Source: Macrostomum lignano (lineage: Eukaryota). From it: DNA of 64,000 nt. The position numbers and the translations under genes were made by a program. Of the stretch, positions 62,405-64,000 are shown in pieces. A model generated the notes under the pieces. It worked only from the letters and a program-made list of their open reading frames with translations, was not told where the DNA came from and did no database searches. The first letter of the stretch is position 1, and the number at the start of each line of letters is the position of its first letter. The stretch covers positions 124,001-188,000 of the forward strand of contig NIVC01000645.1 in the NCBI GenBank assembly GCA_002269645.1, written 5' to 3'.

Positions 62405-64000
62405 TGGTGTTGTGACACCTAGACAGGTAGTATAGTACTGGTGTATGTGCGGTGCGAGTATCGAGTATGCTTTCTGACTGAGACAGAGTATGCTATAGTA
62501 AATAGATTAATAGATAACCAAACCAAGATAGTATTTACTACTATTTTATAGGCAATAGCACGGCTGGACATATTGGTATTATGAAATTGTTTTTTTCATT
62601 TAAAGAAAGCAATCCATTATAATCAGCCGGTAGAGCAGAGCACACTAAAAATAAGTATTACTATCACTGTTATGTGACCCCCATTTGTCCAGACAGCCAA
62701 ACACTGACTAAATTAAAAAATCAATAAAATGAAGTTAAAGAATCAGACAAACCAGACACAGCCAGCGTGTTCAAACGCGATGGGTAAAACCTTTAAAACC
62801 GCCCGTTCCATGCAGCCTGACTGAAAATCTTCAGTTCGTGCGCGAGGGAATAAGTGAGGAGATTCGCGGGTAATAAAATTCCGGCACGGACCCAAATGCC
62901 GCGGCGGCCTACAGTTGTGCGAAGAATTTTCTAACTGGGAAGCCCCCGCAGGTCCACCCAGCCCCCCCCCCCGCCAAGAGGGGCTTTATGTGAGCCGAAT
63001 TAGCAGGCGATGCAATAAAAATGGCGATTTGCGACGCGATTAGAAAGGACTACGGGCTACGGCAGAGTAAATGAACGTGCTTTTGCTTTACTTTCTATGC
63101 GCCTTAGGGCTTAGGCCATTTGTATTGTGTTGGCTTAAAACGTGGGAATATCTTCTGGGTTGGCATTGAATTTCGCAAGCCAAATACTTGAAATAAACAG
63201 GGGAATGGGATAAGATTCAAGAATTCAAGGAAGATTTTTAAGAAGATTATACACAATGCACAAGTATATTATAATTAATTACAAACGCCATAGAAACAGG
63301 GCAAAAACAACAAAAGCTTCCTTCTATTTAAAAATAATTCTTGCCAATGCGGTGCCATGGTAATTGTATCTAATTCACATTACTTTACATCATACATGTC
63401 ACTGCAGCGGCGAAAATCGGACTTACAATAAATATAACTAATGAGATCTGATCTATTGCATGCATGCAATGCAAACCATTCAATTTACCCAAAATTGACA
63501 GATTATACTGCTGGGGCCGCTGGGCGCGGGTGGGTTCCGTGGGTAGACAGACACTAGACTAGGGCCAACAGGAACAGAGTAAACAGAATTATGCTTGTTT
63601 TATACACCAAACCGAACTCTAAATCTTTATGACGTCAAATATAAAACTAGAAAGAGTCTAGATCCCAAGGATCCCAACCAACCCAAGTTCCAACAGACAT
63701 TGGATGCATTGTAATCGTAATTGTAAACAAGCAGTCCAAGAAGGACTCCGAGACTCCGACAAACTTGAGACTTGAATGAACACTGAACACAAAGACCAAC
63801 AATTCGTAAAGCTTAAACATCCAAATTCCAAATCTCCCGTCCTAAAGCCCCACTGCCGATGACCTATTTTAAAAGGGGCGGCGGCGCTAAAAGGAGGAAG
63901 GAAAAGGGAAAAAACCTACTCGGAAAATGCACTAAAGAGACAGGAACAACAGAAACTTTGCCGAAACTTTGCTTGCTTGTGTGTCTCGAGTCTCGACTCT

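Overview
Eukaryotic (invertebrate-type) genomic DNA with GC-rich exons and introns filled with mini- and microsatellites. The style resembles a Macrostomum-like flatworm assembly, but that is an unverified guess. Two spliced genes can be built by hand on the + strand. (1) A complete 9-exon nostrin-like F-BAR/HR1/SH3 gene (16218-25882, 623 aa, all GT-AG and phase-consistent). (2) A 4-exon ZNF608/ZNF609/brakeless-like gene (34140-46570) whose C2H2 finger is split by a 1-bp frameshift at ~44662. The promoter region and exons 1-2 of the nostrin-like gene are present twice (1347-8882 and 12232-18338). The upstream copy breaks 3 nt into exon 3, where a ~2.9-kb element with recombination-site-like ends begins and supplies an in-frame 55-codon tail. 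Both copies carry a three-layer nest of DNA transposons with readable target-site duplications (TSDs). Nearly all long ORFs in the supplied track are artefacts of tandem repeats. Other points of interest: an array of 31 self-hairpinning copies of a 5' splice site, a conserved 15-mer held in two unrelated degenerate arrays, RFX+Forkhead-like motif arrays, and a large inverted pair of 16-bp arrays. All alignments and counts were done by eye; repeat boundaries are approximate.
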